A stretch of 64,000 nt of DNA from Stylophora pistillata (Eukaryota), in contig NW_019217964.1 of assembly GCF_002571385.2 (NCBI RefSeq), forward strand, positions 1 through 64,000. Reading direction: 5' to 3'. A program made the translations under genes and the position numbers. Of this stretch, positions 24,811 through 37,600 are shown piece after piece (within the stretch, counting starts at the first letter, position 1; each line of letters starts with the position of its first letter). The notes under the pieces were generated by a model. That model worked only from the letters and a program-made list of their open reading frames with translations, was not told the origin of the DNA and searched no databases.

Positions 24811-26046
24811 ATGACAACAATGTTTGATTACCTTAAGGAGGATGGTAGGGAAGTCCTTAGCCTACGTGTGGGAGCACCAAGTGAACATCTGAGAATCAAA
24901 TGTGGTGAGCTTATCCATAAAGCAACTCTAGCTCTTCATACTCCAGAAAATTATCCTCAGCTGTTTCAGTATGGGCCACATAGTGGTAGCTTAGTAGCCA
25001 AGAGTGAACTTGCCAAATTTCTCACGGAGGAGTATGGTGACACTGTCAACTGTGATGACATCTGGTTCACTGCTGGAGCTGCACAAGGCCTTGCCTGTAT
25101 AGGAAGCCTCCTCTTTCAGCCTAAAACTGTAGCTTTTGTTGAAGAACCAACTTATTTTCTTGCTCTCAAAGCATTACAAGATGACTTTGGAATGAATGTG
25201 GTTGGAGTTCCAGTAGATCAAGATGGTTTGATTGTTGATGAGTTGGAGAAATTAATGATAGAACATTTGCAGACATCACAAGTTATAACAGAGAGAAACC
25301 CATTCTCTGGTCTGTTGTTTTGCATTCCAACTTTTAACAATCCAACTGGTTCTGTGCTCTCAGCTACAAGATGTAAGCAGTTGATCAAACTGCTACGGAA
25401 GTACAATGTGCTTGCTTTCTGTGATGATGTATACAACTTGCTGTCTTATGCTGTAGAGAATCCTCCTTTTAAAGTTCCCCCAAGGCTTTTTTCATTTGAT
25501 AACAAGGCTGATCCTGATTACAAAGGAAATGTGATCTCAAATGGAACTTTTTCCAAACTGTTAGGGCCAGGGTTGCGTCTAGGCTGGATGGAGGTGCCCG
25601 AATGTATAAGGAGGATTTTGAAGACTTCTGGCTATGTTAGGAGTGGGGGTTGCTTCAACCACTACACCTCTTGTGTTGTTACCACAGCAATACAAATGGG
25701 TTTGGTAAAGGAGCATTTAGCATATGCGCGAGGGCTTTATAAGTCCCAATTGAATACACTATGCAGTGCTATGGATAAGTATTTTCCATGTCCAGTTATG
25801 TACACAAAACCTCAGGGAGGTTATTTTGTTTGGGTTATCCTTCCCACTGAGTTTGATTGTGATAAACTTTATGACATCTGTTTCAATGAGTATTCTGTTG
25901 ATTTTAACAAGGGCTCAGGGTTTTCTTGTAAAGGACAGTACAAAAATTGTATGAGACTCTCATTTGCCTTTCTTGACAGTCCTACCCTTGAACACTGTGT
26001 GAAGCAAATAGCTTTAGCAATTGAAGAAAATTTCCCAAGAAACTAA
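24811..26046 (+). CDS. PLP-dependent aminotransferase class I/II (2-aminoadipate transaminase / yeast YER152C-like), copy 1, intronless CDS
   Basis: 411-aa ORF from ATG 24811; motifs QYGP..G, TAGA.QGL, VEEPTY, PTFNNPTG, DDVY, TFSK(PLP Lys)LLGPGLRLGW, PQGGYFVW, MRLSF; splice acceptor (tag, 24780-24782) just upstream. Confidence 0.92.
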   Translation: MTTMFDYLKEDGREVLSLRVGAPSEHLRIKCGELIHKATLALHTPENYPQLFQYGPHSGSLVAKSELAKFLTEEYGDTVNCDDIWFTAGAAQGLACIGSLLFQPKTVAFVEEPTYFLALKALQDDFGMNVVGVPVDQDGLIVDELEKLMIEHLQTSQVITERNPFSGLLFCIPTFNNPTGSVLSATRCKQLIKLLRKYNVLAFCDDVYNLLSYAVENPPFKVPPRLFSFDNKADPDYKGNVISNGTFSKLLGPGLRLGWMEVPECIRRILKTSGYVRSGGCFNHYTSCVVTTAIQMGLVKEHLAYARGLYKSQLNTLCSAMDKYFPCPVMYTKPQGGYFVWVILPTEFDCDKLYDICFNEYSVDFNKGSGFSCKGQYKNCMRLSFAFLDSPTLEHCVKQIALAIEENFPRN

Positions 26047-26325
26047 TAATCATGGAGGTAAATACATCTCAAAGAAGGGGAATATGATTTTTGAATTGGT
26101 TACTGTGCTATTTGAACCAAGGGTAGCAGTTATTGAGCTGAGGTAGAAGTTATTTTTCAATGATTAATACTGAAGGTTTTGAAATCCTTTTTAAAATGGA
26201 CAGTGATAAAATTTACACAGGATTTACTGAAAGAAATGAATCCTGAAAGAGGAAAAATCATGATTATTCTCAGGGCTTTTAAATAATTAGACAGTCAGTC
26301 TATACTTATGAGTGTAATTGAGCTA

Positions 26326-26690
26326 ACCGCCTCCTGGTTAGCTCAATTGGTAGAGCGGGAGGTTGTGAGTTCAAATCTGGCCAGACCAACACTCAGGGTC
26401 TTTAAATAACTGAGAAGAAAGTGCTGCCTTTGTAATAATATCTGCAGTTATACTTTCAATAGTTATACTTTCAAGTCTTCTCGGATAGGGACGATAAATG
26501 GAGGTCCCGTCTCACAAGCCCTTGTAGGTGATAAAAAAATTTGTGGGATGTTAAAGAACCCACAAACTGTTCGAAAAGAGAAGGGCACGTAGTGCCCGGT
26601 GTTGTGATCTATCTTTGTGTAGTGTCTATCAAATTGATGGGGGGTACTGCGCCTTTGAATATTGTATAGAAAGGACACAATATAAATAAG
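26326..26690 (+). mobile_element. tRNA-derived SINE with Deu/Nin-domain-like core
   Basis: tagctcaattggtagagc ... gagttcaaatc head; core tcggatagggacgataaa..gaggtcccgtctc..gttaaagaacccac..ttcgaaaagag resembles the Deu/Nin SINE domain as I recall it. Confidence 0.6.
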
Positions 26691-28102
26691 GAATTCATTC
26701 AGTGTATTCTGAAAATTATGTTTCTCTACATTAGAAACACATATATCACAGGATTAAAGGAAGTTTTTCCATTTCTTTATTTATTTTATTGTAGGTTGTC
26801 TGGAAGTATTTATGGATGGGGTAGAACATAAACTGTAAAATGTATTAATATATTATGAGGGAGAATAAATTTTTCAGTGTATCTTATTTTTGTAGATTAA
26901 TTTTGGGGACCAATGAGGTTGTTAATATAAACATGTGTGAAAGAGTGAGTGCAATTTGTAGTTTACAATAAGTTCTTTAACAAGGAAATTGGGATTAGGT
27001 ATTATTAACATGCTTTTATCAGTAATATTGATTTGAACTGATGTCTAAAGTTTTTTGTCAGTTAAAATTGCAATAGATAGTAACCAGATGACACAATGAA
27101 ATATTGGCTTGTTCAAATTTAGCATACCTTGCATTCAGCTCATAAATAGAGAGAAGAGTTAATTAAAATTTCCCAACTCAAACTTGATTCTTGAACGTAA
27201 CTTTATGTCAATCAAATTAGGTATGTCACCTCATCACCTTCATTGCCATCTGCCAGGGAGCAGAAATAAAGATGAAAAAACTCCTGTGTCTACCACTAGT
27301 GTCTACAGTCAGACATGAATGTGTGAAATTGAACAGTAGGGTAAAAAAATTGGACAGTGGTGTCTAAAATCCGACAGTAGTATTATAAATCTGACATTTG
27401 TCTAAAATAAGACATAACTAGTGTCAACAATCAGACACTCAGTAGTGACCACAATTAGGCACTATTGTCTAAAATTGGATACTTGTGTTTAAAGTTGGAC
27501 AACCATGCTAAACCCAATAAAATGGAAATTGCAACTTCACCAAAAGAAGGGATGATGTAATTCTTAATTACCGAGTTCTGGGAAACTTTTCAGCCACACT
27601 TTAATGAATCGGAGTCCGAAACTACAGGGCAAGAACGCCTCGCGGACCTATCTGAAATCTTCTATCCCGTAATGCTTTAGTCTCTGCTTAGAGCTCCGAA
27701 TAGATCAAAGTTGTCGAGAGGTGAGGATAGACTTATTCATATTCTGTCAGTAGGCGTCGCTAAGTTGGCTGTTGAATCAAACAGATTATGTAAAAGATTA
27801 TAGCAACAAATGTCGACAAATAGAGGGAAATGCTGTGCGTGCACTTAATTATAATGAGCTTTATTTTTGCCCACCATCGCGATAGAATGTATCATGCAGT
27901 TAATAAAATTAGTAGAATTAGAGGATATAGTAATTCTGTAAAGTTTTACATAAATGTCTCGTAAGCTGATAAAATAGCGTGACACTGAAGGTCTTATTTT
28001 TACCAAAAATGTATGCCATGGGGCAAGCGCCATGTTTGTCGCTGCTTCCGGCTTTCACCTTCCATAACCCTCGTGCCCCACTATAGCCGTATCATGTTTC
28101 CA

Positions 28103-28147
28103 CATAGTTAGTAGAGGGGACCTAGAGAGTCTCCTCTACTAACTATG
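28103..28147. mobile_element. 45-bp miniature TIR element with 7-bp TSD (P-element-like CATAG termini)
   Basis: gtttcca|catagttagtagagg...cctctactaactatg|gtttcca. Confidence 0.75.
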
Positions 28148-28167
28148 GTTTCCAAAAGGAATCAATC

Positions 28168-28414
28168 TAATACCCCATTCACACCAAAGCCTAAACATGC
28201 TTTAAAGCTGTTTTGTTAAACATGGTTTAACACAACAGCTCCATAGAAGCTGCTCAAATCAATATTTGGTTAACTTCAAATGTGGCACATTGAAAATACA
28301 ATTTAGGAATTGCTTGAATCTCGTGGAAAATTTAGTTTTTCAGTTCTCTGCTTCTGATTTTTATTTAGTTAAACCTTTAACTAAACAAGTTTTCTGGTGT
28401 GAATGGGGTATTAG
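28168..28414. mobile_element. MITE (PIF/Harbinger-like)
   Basis: taataccccattcacacca ... tggtgtgaatggggtatta inverted termini. Confidence 0.65.
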
Positions 28415-28520
28415 ACTAAGGAATCCCTATCGACTACCCAAGAAACTAGTTACCAATTAGTATTTAATGGAAAATTAATATGCGATACATTTTTGCTGAT
28501 CCACAGATTTTTTTTCGAAC

Positions 28521-29750
28521 ATGTTTTCAACGCAAGCTGATTACCTAAAAGGTGGACTTAAACATATTTACAGTCTGAAAACTGGAGCTCCCAGTTCTTA
28601 TTTACGTCAGAAGTGTGCTGATCTTGTCCAGAAAGCAACACTCTCACTTCATAAGTTAGATGATTGTCCAAATGCATTCATGTATGGGGCAGAGGCAGGC
28701 TCCATAGTAATCAGGAAGGAGTTGGCCAAGTTCCTAACTGAGGAGTAGGATGATGCAGTTGATCCCGAAGATCTTTGGGTGAATGCTGGTGCCTCACAAG
28801 GACTTGCATTCATTGGAAGCTTTCTCTTTCAACCTGGTGATGTTGTTTTTGTGGAGGAGCCATCATATTTTCTTGCTCTCAAGGTCTTGCAAAATGATCT
28901 GAGAATGAAAGTCATTGGTGTTCCATCAGATAAAGATGGAATAATCGTCGATGAACTTGAAAGACAGTTGATGAAACATGTCAGTGAACTGCCGCCACCA
29001 ACGGATATGAAGCCTTACTCTGCCATGCTCTACTGTGTGCCAACATTTAACAATCCAACTGGCTCTTGTCTTCCACCAGAGCAATGCAAGAAAATGATCA
29101 ACCTGATGCGTAAATACAATGTGCTAGCCTTTTGTGATGATGTGTACAATTTGCTGTCTTACACTGGTGACAAACCACCTCCGCAAAGACTTTATGCATT
29201 TGATGACAAATCAAATGCAGATTATAAAGGGAATGTCATCTCTAATGGTTCCTTTTCAAAGTTCCTTGCTCCAGGGCTGCGTCTTGGGTGGATGGAGGTT
29301 CCTGAACGAGTTCGATGCTTGTTGCAAAAAAGTGCTTATGCCATTGGTGGTGGATGCTTTAACCACTACCTATCATGCATTATTGCTGTGGCATTGCAAG
29401 AAGGGCTAGTTAAGGATCACTTATCAATGGTGCGGAAGGTCCTTGAAGTGCAGCTCAATGCATTATGCAATGCCCTCAACAAGTATATACCTGAGGGTCA
29501 AATATCATACCAAAGACCTAAAGGAGGTTACTTTGTATGGGTTACATTTCCACCAGAAGTAGATTGTGACAAGCTGTTTAAAATCTGTCTGGAAAAGTAT
29601 CTTGTTGAGTTTAACTATGGCTCCCATTTTGCTGCTAGTTCTGGAAAATTTAAGAATTGCATGCGACTGTGTTTTGCATTTAATGAATGTGATATCATTG
29701 AACACTGTGTGAAACAAATAGCACTGAGCTTAAAAGAGTTAGTCGGTTGA
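28521..29750 (+). pseudogene. PLP aminotransferase class I/II copy 2 with one in-frame TAG
   Basis: ORFs 28521-28748 and 28779-29750 are in one frame and collinear with copy 1; GAG GAG TAG (28746-28748) aligns with GAG GAG TAT of copy 1; all catalytic motifs retained. Confidence 0.8.
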
Positions 29751-30706
29751 TGCAAGAGATATTAGGTCACAATTGGGGTACATTGATATGATTAATAATT
29801 AAAAGTGGTGGCTTGAGGGAAACGATTGCTTGAGCCATTAATATCAAACCATTTTGTTGCAAAATGGCATTTCTGAATCCACTAGTCATTACTATGGTCT
29901 TGTCAGTTGTAACTGCACAGTGCAGCAAACATATGAAGCTCCATATTGTAATTAGTCAGGAATGTTTACATTTGTATGATATTTTCAATCATATTGCACA
30001 TAATTTTTTTTATAAAATATTCTTATAGTTGACAATAAATGTTGTAGTTTTTCAATGATATGTGTACCATTCATTCTATCTTGTAACCATTCTATACAAT
30101 TTCACAAAATAGCAAGTACATATTTTTCTGAATTTCCATCAACCATTCCCTAAGAGTGTTTTAACCTTCTGAAGAGAAACTATCCTCTGGTCATTTAAAG
30201 GAGTTTAAGGGTTAGGGAAAGTTCAGGAACATAATTTCAACTGAAGTCATGACAACTTGTAGTTTATTTCGTTGTCCCAAACAACACAAATATCTTATGC
30301 TTTAAAACCCAACTAACAAATATTTAACAAAACTGGCAGTACTTTCTTCAATGCCCGCTACGTTAGAAATATTTTTTTTGGAGGTAAAATTTTGAAAAAA
30401 CTACAATGTTTGTTAAAAGCTTATTACTGAGCTAATCGGCTTCAACGGTTGACTCAGTTGGCAAACGTAGTATCTGTACTGCACGTACAGTTTACAGCTC
30501 TTGATCGTACCACTCTAAAGTAACGTTTTGCAGATCAGAGGATTTAAAGCCACTTTACAGAATATCGGGAAAAGACTACGATATTTCTCACAACAATACT
30601 ATAAATACTAAAGGAATTTACTCAAATAAAAGTAATCCACGTTGAGTTAACGATCTGTTTACATTACTTATGCCTCTAGCAACCATCATTTGCGATTCAT
30701 CATCGA

Positions 30707-30949
30707 TCATCTGCCCTTGTCCGTATCGGAAAAATCTTTGTCTGATTCAAGATCTTCTTCGTAAGGTTCCCCCATTCCAGAATGATCCATTAGATCCGTG
30801 AGTCCTTTCTCTATTTCGTCCAGTTTCTTCCCGGTCTCGGTCATTCGTTTCACGATTGAGTCTTCGACATTTTGAAACTTTTCTTGCATGTTCTGCAAGG
30901 TCGCTTGGACGAAATGCATCAATTCAGGAACACTTGTGGGGTTCTCCAT
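30707..30949 (-). CDS. HSBP1: Heat shock factor binding protein 1-like (80 aa)
   Basis: PTSVPELMHFVQATLQNMQEKFQNVEDSIVKRMTETGKKLDEIEKGLTDLM matches the HSBP1 coiled-coil pattern (LLQQMQDKFQ.MSD.I..RIDDM..RIDDLEK.I.DLM); candidate 5'UTR intron 30956-31028. Confidence 0.85.
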   Translation of the reverse strand: MENPTSVPELMHFVQATLQNMQEKFQNVEDSIVKRMTETGKKLDEIEKGLTDLMDHSGMGEPYEEDLESDKDFSDTDKGR

Positions 30950-31149
30950 GATGTCCTGTGCGAAATAAAGGGAAAAGCGAATGAATTTAAAGCCAGATTT
31001 TAGAAAATGATACTTTGTAGAAACATACCAATCTGTTCGTGTCTGTAAAACCTATCAGGACGCCAAACTATCTGCTTAAGAACTCTACAAGATAATCACT
31101 TTCTCCAAACCAAACCAAGCCAAACCGCGTCCTATCTTCGACCTGAAGA

Positions 31150-31690
31150 GCTTGCTCGTCCTCAACCAATTAGAAACAAAGAAATTATAAATATTCATTA
31201 CCGTTAGCCAATCAGAATAGACTTGAGAATTGTTCCATAGCGTGCAAAAATTAATTACTTGCTTCTTTTACTACTGTTTTGAATACAAAATTTGAATATA
31301 TATCGAACTCTGATTTTCTTCATATGCTGTTTTTAAAAATAGAAGGTTTATCAAAGAAGCAACGATACGAAATCTGTAACTTCGAATAAAATTCTCTCTC
31401 AATGTCTCGCAGAAGAAATCTGCCATGTTGATCTGCTTTACACCCGTAGTTGGAATAAAGAGTAAAGGGAAACGTACAGAAAAAAAAAAAAAGAAAAAAA
31501 AAGACGTAAAAAGTAAGTCCCCTCCCCACCCGTGTGTTTTTTTCAAAATGATGCTTGTCTTGATCGAGCGTCCCTTGTTGCTACGCAACTAAGAAAGGAC
31601 CTAAATAAACCCCCGCCATTTTGAAACTTCCCTGCAACTCTGCGTGAAAGGTTGAAGAGACTCTTTCGATTGTCGATAAAATATTAGGAT
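31150..31690. promoter_or_regulatory. Probable bidirectional promoter HSBP1 / CCDC170-like
   Basis: Head-to-head genes ~0.7 kb apart; CCAAT boxes at ~31167 and ~31208; YY1-like CCGCCATTTT at ~31613. Confidence 0.45.
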
Positions 31691-31693
31691 GTG

Positions 31694-34600
31694 ATGGCAT
31701 CCTTACACTCAGAAAGATCAGAGCATTTTCCTAAAATTCCAAAGCAGAGGCTTGTAGAAGCAAAACCCGGTACACAACTCACCCATTTCGAAGACTCTGG
31801 TGTTGATGTGCGCGAGCTTTGGAGAGATCATGGCAATGAGAGACAGTTGTATAGAAATTCTCCACCGATGATCATAGGGCACAGGAAATCTGGCAGTCAG
31901 AATAGTTCTCGAACGAGTTCACCGGTTCCCAGACGAAATGAGGTATTTATGACATCTCCAGGAGTTAATAAGCACTGTCTACACAAGTGATTAGAAGAAA
32001 CTGTCTGTAACTAATGATCATTCGAGTCATTTAGATCATTATTACCGAAAAAATTTTCATTAGAACTCTAACATTATTTTTAGATGTATGATAAGATTTT
32101 CCCTGTTCGAAGTTTTGAATTGGCTTTAGTGAAGTTGGAAGAAAAATGTTGGATAGAATTTCATTCGTTTTTACTAAGGTAGAGGCTACAGTACGTAACT
32201 TTTGCTAGCGGTGCATGAACTTAAAGAATGATTTAAATATTTCCAAGCATTATAGAGAGCAGCAGCTTTAGTATTAAACCTTTTAAAGTAAAGAGTCGTA
32301 AGAAAGAATCGGTGCACGTGCATGATTTACTATCGAAATTATCAATGAATTTTTTTTAGTCAAAATTACCAGTGCAATTTTTGTATTTTAATTAAGCTTT
32401 ATATATCTGTCTTACAGATAACTATAGTTAAAGACTTATCTGGAAGCAAGTTTGAAATGGCTTGTACTTTTTATTTCATCAGTATCACATCTTTTTACAA
32501 ACCTACAGTGTGGTACACATAGATGCAATTCACAGTATGTTCTAAAATTTCCCCTAAACTAATCAATTATTTAAACTTAATTGCAAGAACAGAGAAAGTT
32601 CTTTAGCAACCGGATACTGTAAACAGTGCTGGGAGATGGTGTTTGTAAAGGTTTTGGATGTTGTTTACTTTGGCAAAAAATTCAAGGACCCCTCCACAAA
32701 TCAAGTTTTAATCATGAAGATTCACTTTGCATTGATAAGACTTTTTACAAAAATTTTTGCCCCAATATCTGTAGTTTTTTTAATGGTTGATGCAGTATGA
32801 TAAAGGATATTAAATAAGTTATTTCTCATGGAAAGTTAAAGTAAATTCAATTAGCTTCTGTCAATCATCGACAATTCTATTTTGTTTTGCTATTGAAAGT
32901 AGGGTTCACTTGAATTTCTTTTTTTGTAGAATTACCTCCAAAGTAATCCAAGAATCACTATAATTTGGTTTTATCAACTGGGTTGATTAGTAATTAAATT
33001 GGCCACCATATAGAATTTGTAAAGTTGATGTTTTGACACTGATGCTCCAGGGCGAATTTATTTTTGCTCCTGTAGTGTATGCAACTGATCATATGAAATG
33101 TATCCCACTTGCTCCTCATATTTAATGCTGCAGTAAAGAAAGGTTAAGCCAAGTTCTTTTGGAGCATGACATAATACCAATACATCACTTTTTAATACGG
33201 CTTTCTTTTTTGTAATGGTTTTCATTTTTTGATGAATTCTTGACTCATATTTTTTTAACTAGCCTGAAGTCCCCAAGATAGATAACACTATTTTGGGATT
33301 TATATGAACTACAGGTTGAATCAGGAGCCCTTGCCTGCCGCAGTCCTTCCATTTCATTGGAACTTGGATCATCTTTGGATGAAAGTCAGCTTTTCAGAGA
33401 TAAGATTTCAAGACTTCAGCAGGAAAGAGAACATCTAACTTCACAGGTATTGAAGTATGCCACTGCCGTTAACACATCCTTGTTTACGTTTTGTGCTTGT
33501 TGTCCCCCCAAAAAAACATCGGTAATAGAGGGTTTTTTAGCTCCTTAAAACCTATGTATGATCCAATTTAACTCTTTGCATTCCTAAAAGATACGTTCCC
33601 TAAATTTATAGCTGACCTTTACTTCTGAGGCGCTTTGTGCAGACTAATTACTTAGCTGGACTCAAACAGCTCTGTATTTTGGTTCTAGCCAGATTTTTGA
33701 GTTTTGTCTGCGCTTAAGATAGTTTACTCTCACATATGTGCTCTTCACCTAGGCTGAGATAAGCTTTGGCAAGTGTCAGGCCTATCAGTAGAAAGAAGTT
33801 GAATAAATTAGTCATTTATTTACAGATTGGAGTAACATTCATGATGGTATGTTTCTTCAAAACAGTTATCACACTATAGGCAAGCTGCAGAAACTGCACA
33901 AACAGACCTTGCTGCTGAAAAAGTGATATCATCTGGTTTACAGCAAGAGGTATGTCTTTTCGGCAAGTTCTACAAAAGTATGTAAGATTGGTTGGTCGAT
34001 ACATTTAGGGAAAATTTATATCTTATTTTTTTTATAAATATTTTAACAGCTTAGAGAATCTCAGCAAAAAAATTCAGAGAAGGATCAACAAATTATTGAG
34101 TTCAAGGTAAATGACAATATTAATTACTTGTTTGAATTTATTTGATGACTAATATTTATAGATTGATAACTAGCAGGCATGANNNNNNNNNNNNNNNNNN
34201 NNNNNNNNNNNNNNNNNNNNNNNNNNNNNNNNNNNNNNNNNNNNNNNNNNNNNNNNNNNNNNNNNNNNNNNNNNNNNNNNNNNNNNNNNNNNNNNNNNNN
34301 NNNNNNNNNNNNNNNNNNNNNNNNNNNNNNNNNNNNNNNNNNNNNNNNNNNNNNNNCAGTGGGATAAACTTCTAACTGGTTCGAATTTAGATTCAATTTC
34401 AATGATGATTGTTTGATACTTTTTGAACTCCCTTTTGCAGTGTGAAATTGAAAGTAACAAACAAAATGCTGCCAGGCAGACAGCACTGGTGCAGTCACTC
34501 CGTGACAGAATACGAGAAGCTGAAGATGAAGCAACAGAGAAGGAAAATTTTGCAAACCGTAGTGATGTCACCATATCATCTTTGAAAAAAGAAATACAAA

Positions 34601-37600
34601 CTCAGCAAGATCGTCTACAGCAGGTAGAGTCATCACTCAAGCACCACATTGCTGCAGAGGAGGAAGCTTCCAGCAGAGCTGCCAAATGGGAGAGTAAGGT
34701 ATGTGTTGAAGCTTTAGCATGGGTGCAAGACATTGTTGAATTAGCTCTTTCATTGGACCTGGGTTGGGCTGGATCTCATCAGAAGTAACTGGAGTACAAA
34801 TGGATATCAATAAAATGTCAGGCAAAATCAAGAGATTAAATTTTTTTCAAGAAATGGGAAATATACTCTTCAAGGAAAGAGTTGCACACTTTGCTAAAAA
34901 ATTCTTTGTCTACAGCTATATCTGTGGTCCAATGTATATGCAAACTAACTATGGCAATATGACCTGTAAACCAATCAAACCTTTGGAATTGTGATATATT
35001 ATCACAGCTTGTCACAGGATCAGATCACTAAAATTTAGTTAAATAATTTGTTAATCTGCAGTATGGTGAGATGAAAACCCAGTTGACTCAAGCTTTGCAG
35101 CTGGATGCATCTGAAGCTTTGTCTGCGTCTCTGCACTCTCTTCTTGGAAGGGTGAGTTTGTTGTTAGTGGTTTGGTCATTTACGCTTTAATTCCTCTGAA
35201 AATTAGAAATGTTAAGTATAATGTGCATATTTTATTTAATACCTAGACACCAGACTTTTCTGGCTATAAGCTAGACCTCAGTCTTAAAATAAGAACTTGT
35301 GGAATAAAAATTAACATGCTTTTATTTTACAGTATATGTGTATTGTCAACATTGGTCTATTGCACAGTTTGTTCTAATTAAATTTTTGTCTTTAGATTTC
35401 AGAAATAGCCAGAGAGAGGAACAGCTTGCGGGAAAAAGCAAGTGCATTGTCTCGTAATTTACATGAAAGTAACTTGGAGTCTAAAGCAAGCAGGTTTGTT
35501 CCTTCTGGATTGAATTGTGACTTATTAGTTTGGTGCATTTGTAGCCAGAGACTACCATAAATCCTCTAATATCTCCCTGGGGGGGCTTATTCATTTCAGG
35601 TACTTTGAACTGAAATTACAGTACTTGAATAAATTTATCCTACTTACTGACATGGGGTCTTATTATGAATTTTTTGCTCTTTGAGCGGGAGGGGTGGGCC
35701 GGGGCTTAATAAATTTCTTCCTCCAAAAAGGGGAGGCTTATTAGAGGGGGGCTTATTAATTTAGCCCAATGTTCACCACCAGGATACACAAGAAGCTGGA
35801 AGTCAAGCAGCCAACAGTAAAGAACTCAAGTTATGATCTAATTCTTTGAACAGACCTTGTTTAGCCATGTTATATTTTTAGCATCGATCTGTAATTTCTG
35901 TATACCGTATTCTATTGATGCCAACATGATAATATCAATCAATCAATCACCATAATCAATTTTAAATGACAAACTGAAATTACAGTACTTGAATAAATTT
36001 ATTGTACTTACTGACATGGGGTCTAATTATGAATTTTTTGCTCTTTGAGGGGGAGGGGTGGGGGGCTTAATAAATTTCTTCCTCCAAAAAGGGGAGGCTT
36101 GTTAGAGAGGGGGGGCTTATTAGGGTGGGGCTTATTAGGGAGGGGTGGCTTATTAGGGAGGGGGCTTATTAGGGAGGGGTGGCTTATTAGAGGGGGACTG
36201 GGGGGCTTATTAGGGAGAGGTGGTTTATTAGAGGGGGGCTTTTTAGGGAGGGGTGGCTTATTACAGGGGGGGCTTATTAGGGAGGGGTGGCTTATTAGAG
36301 GGGGGCTTGTTACGGAGGGGTGGCTTTTTAGCGGGGGGCTTATTAAGGGAGGGGTGGCTTATTAGAGGGGTGCTTAGTAGAGGATTTACGGTATATTACA
36401 TTATTTTATTTGTGGGTCTTTGAAGCAGCAAGGCTTACAGTATTGTTTGGGTTATTACTGTCAGACGGTTTGAATTTTTAAGACTTTTCCAGCAATGCAA
36501 TTTTACTGTTTCTGACCTTAGTACTAAAGCAATGACATGTGGCTGATGGGAGGTTGTCTATAAGGTCTACAATCTTTGCTACAAAAAGACCATAGACAAG
36601 AAGTTAGCTCAATTTTTATTGAATTGTTATGTTTATGGTATTTCAGGGAAACCATAATGAGATTGGTGTCAGAAGTAGGACAAGAGAAAAAGAGTTCTGG
36701 TCAAAGCCAACAGACCATTAATGGCTTAACCAGAGAAAGGGACACTTTGCAACAAAAGATCAGAGAAATGGAGATAGAAGTTGATCGAATGAAACATCAG
36801 CTAGCAGCAAGTCAAGATGCTTGGGGGGTCACCAAAAAACAACTTGATGAAAAGGAAAATAAGTAAGTCAACTTTAGATTAAATTCATGGCAACTGCCTG
36901 TTTGAAGCACGAATCCTTAGCGGCAAAGGACACTGGATTTCAGAAGAAGAAGGAGCACAGGGGGAGGGGCATATGGTAAATTAATGACTTTTCAAGATAA
37001 AGTGAGACTGATTTTTGTTTGCATGGAAACCCAAGATTTTCTTAGCCATCATAAATAACAAATGATTCTTAGAAGTCTTCCCCCAAAAATGAAACTTTAA
37101 AACCTGGAACATATGAGGCCATACTCATTTCACCCCTTGACTTCAGATGGTGTCTGTAGGGTCAGATAAGTGGTATATGTGGTTACAAGGCTTCTCTGAT
37201 TTTTGAATATTAAATTAATAGCTAACAACTGACAGAGTACACATTGTTACTTTATTGCAGGCTGCAGGAAATGGAGCAAACGTTACAAACAAGTGCATAC
37301 ACCGGCCAGTCAGCTCAATCAAAGGTTTGTAGTTTGTAAAGAAGATTTTTTTTTCCTTTCAAGCTCAGTCCCAAAACAGGTTGATGCAACAAATAGGATG
37401 TACGTTTAGGAGAGGTACTGGGTAAAGTATATGCATGAGTATGAAGTGGACTCTTACTTGGTCAGCCTAAGCTTTTCGAATGTGTGTTAAAAACCGAAAG
37501 CGAAGATATCACTGAGACCAATCAAATTGGAGAAATGGCTTTTTTGGTTCTCTCTGCAGCTGCACAACTTCAAGCGGCATCTGGCGCAGTTGATTGGAGA

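Noticed and set aside
27297-27500. Degenerate ~20-bp repeats (gtgtctaaaat.ggaca)
   Set aside because: Old decayed minisatellite with no further structure.
27570-28033. Possible minus-strand gene starting MALAPWHTFL with hydrophobic downstream segments
   Set aside because: Splice phases do not fit and there are multiple stops; at most a decayed remnant.
36045-36365. Gly/Leu-rich ORF
   Set aside because: Internal repeats of a MITE.
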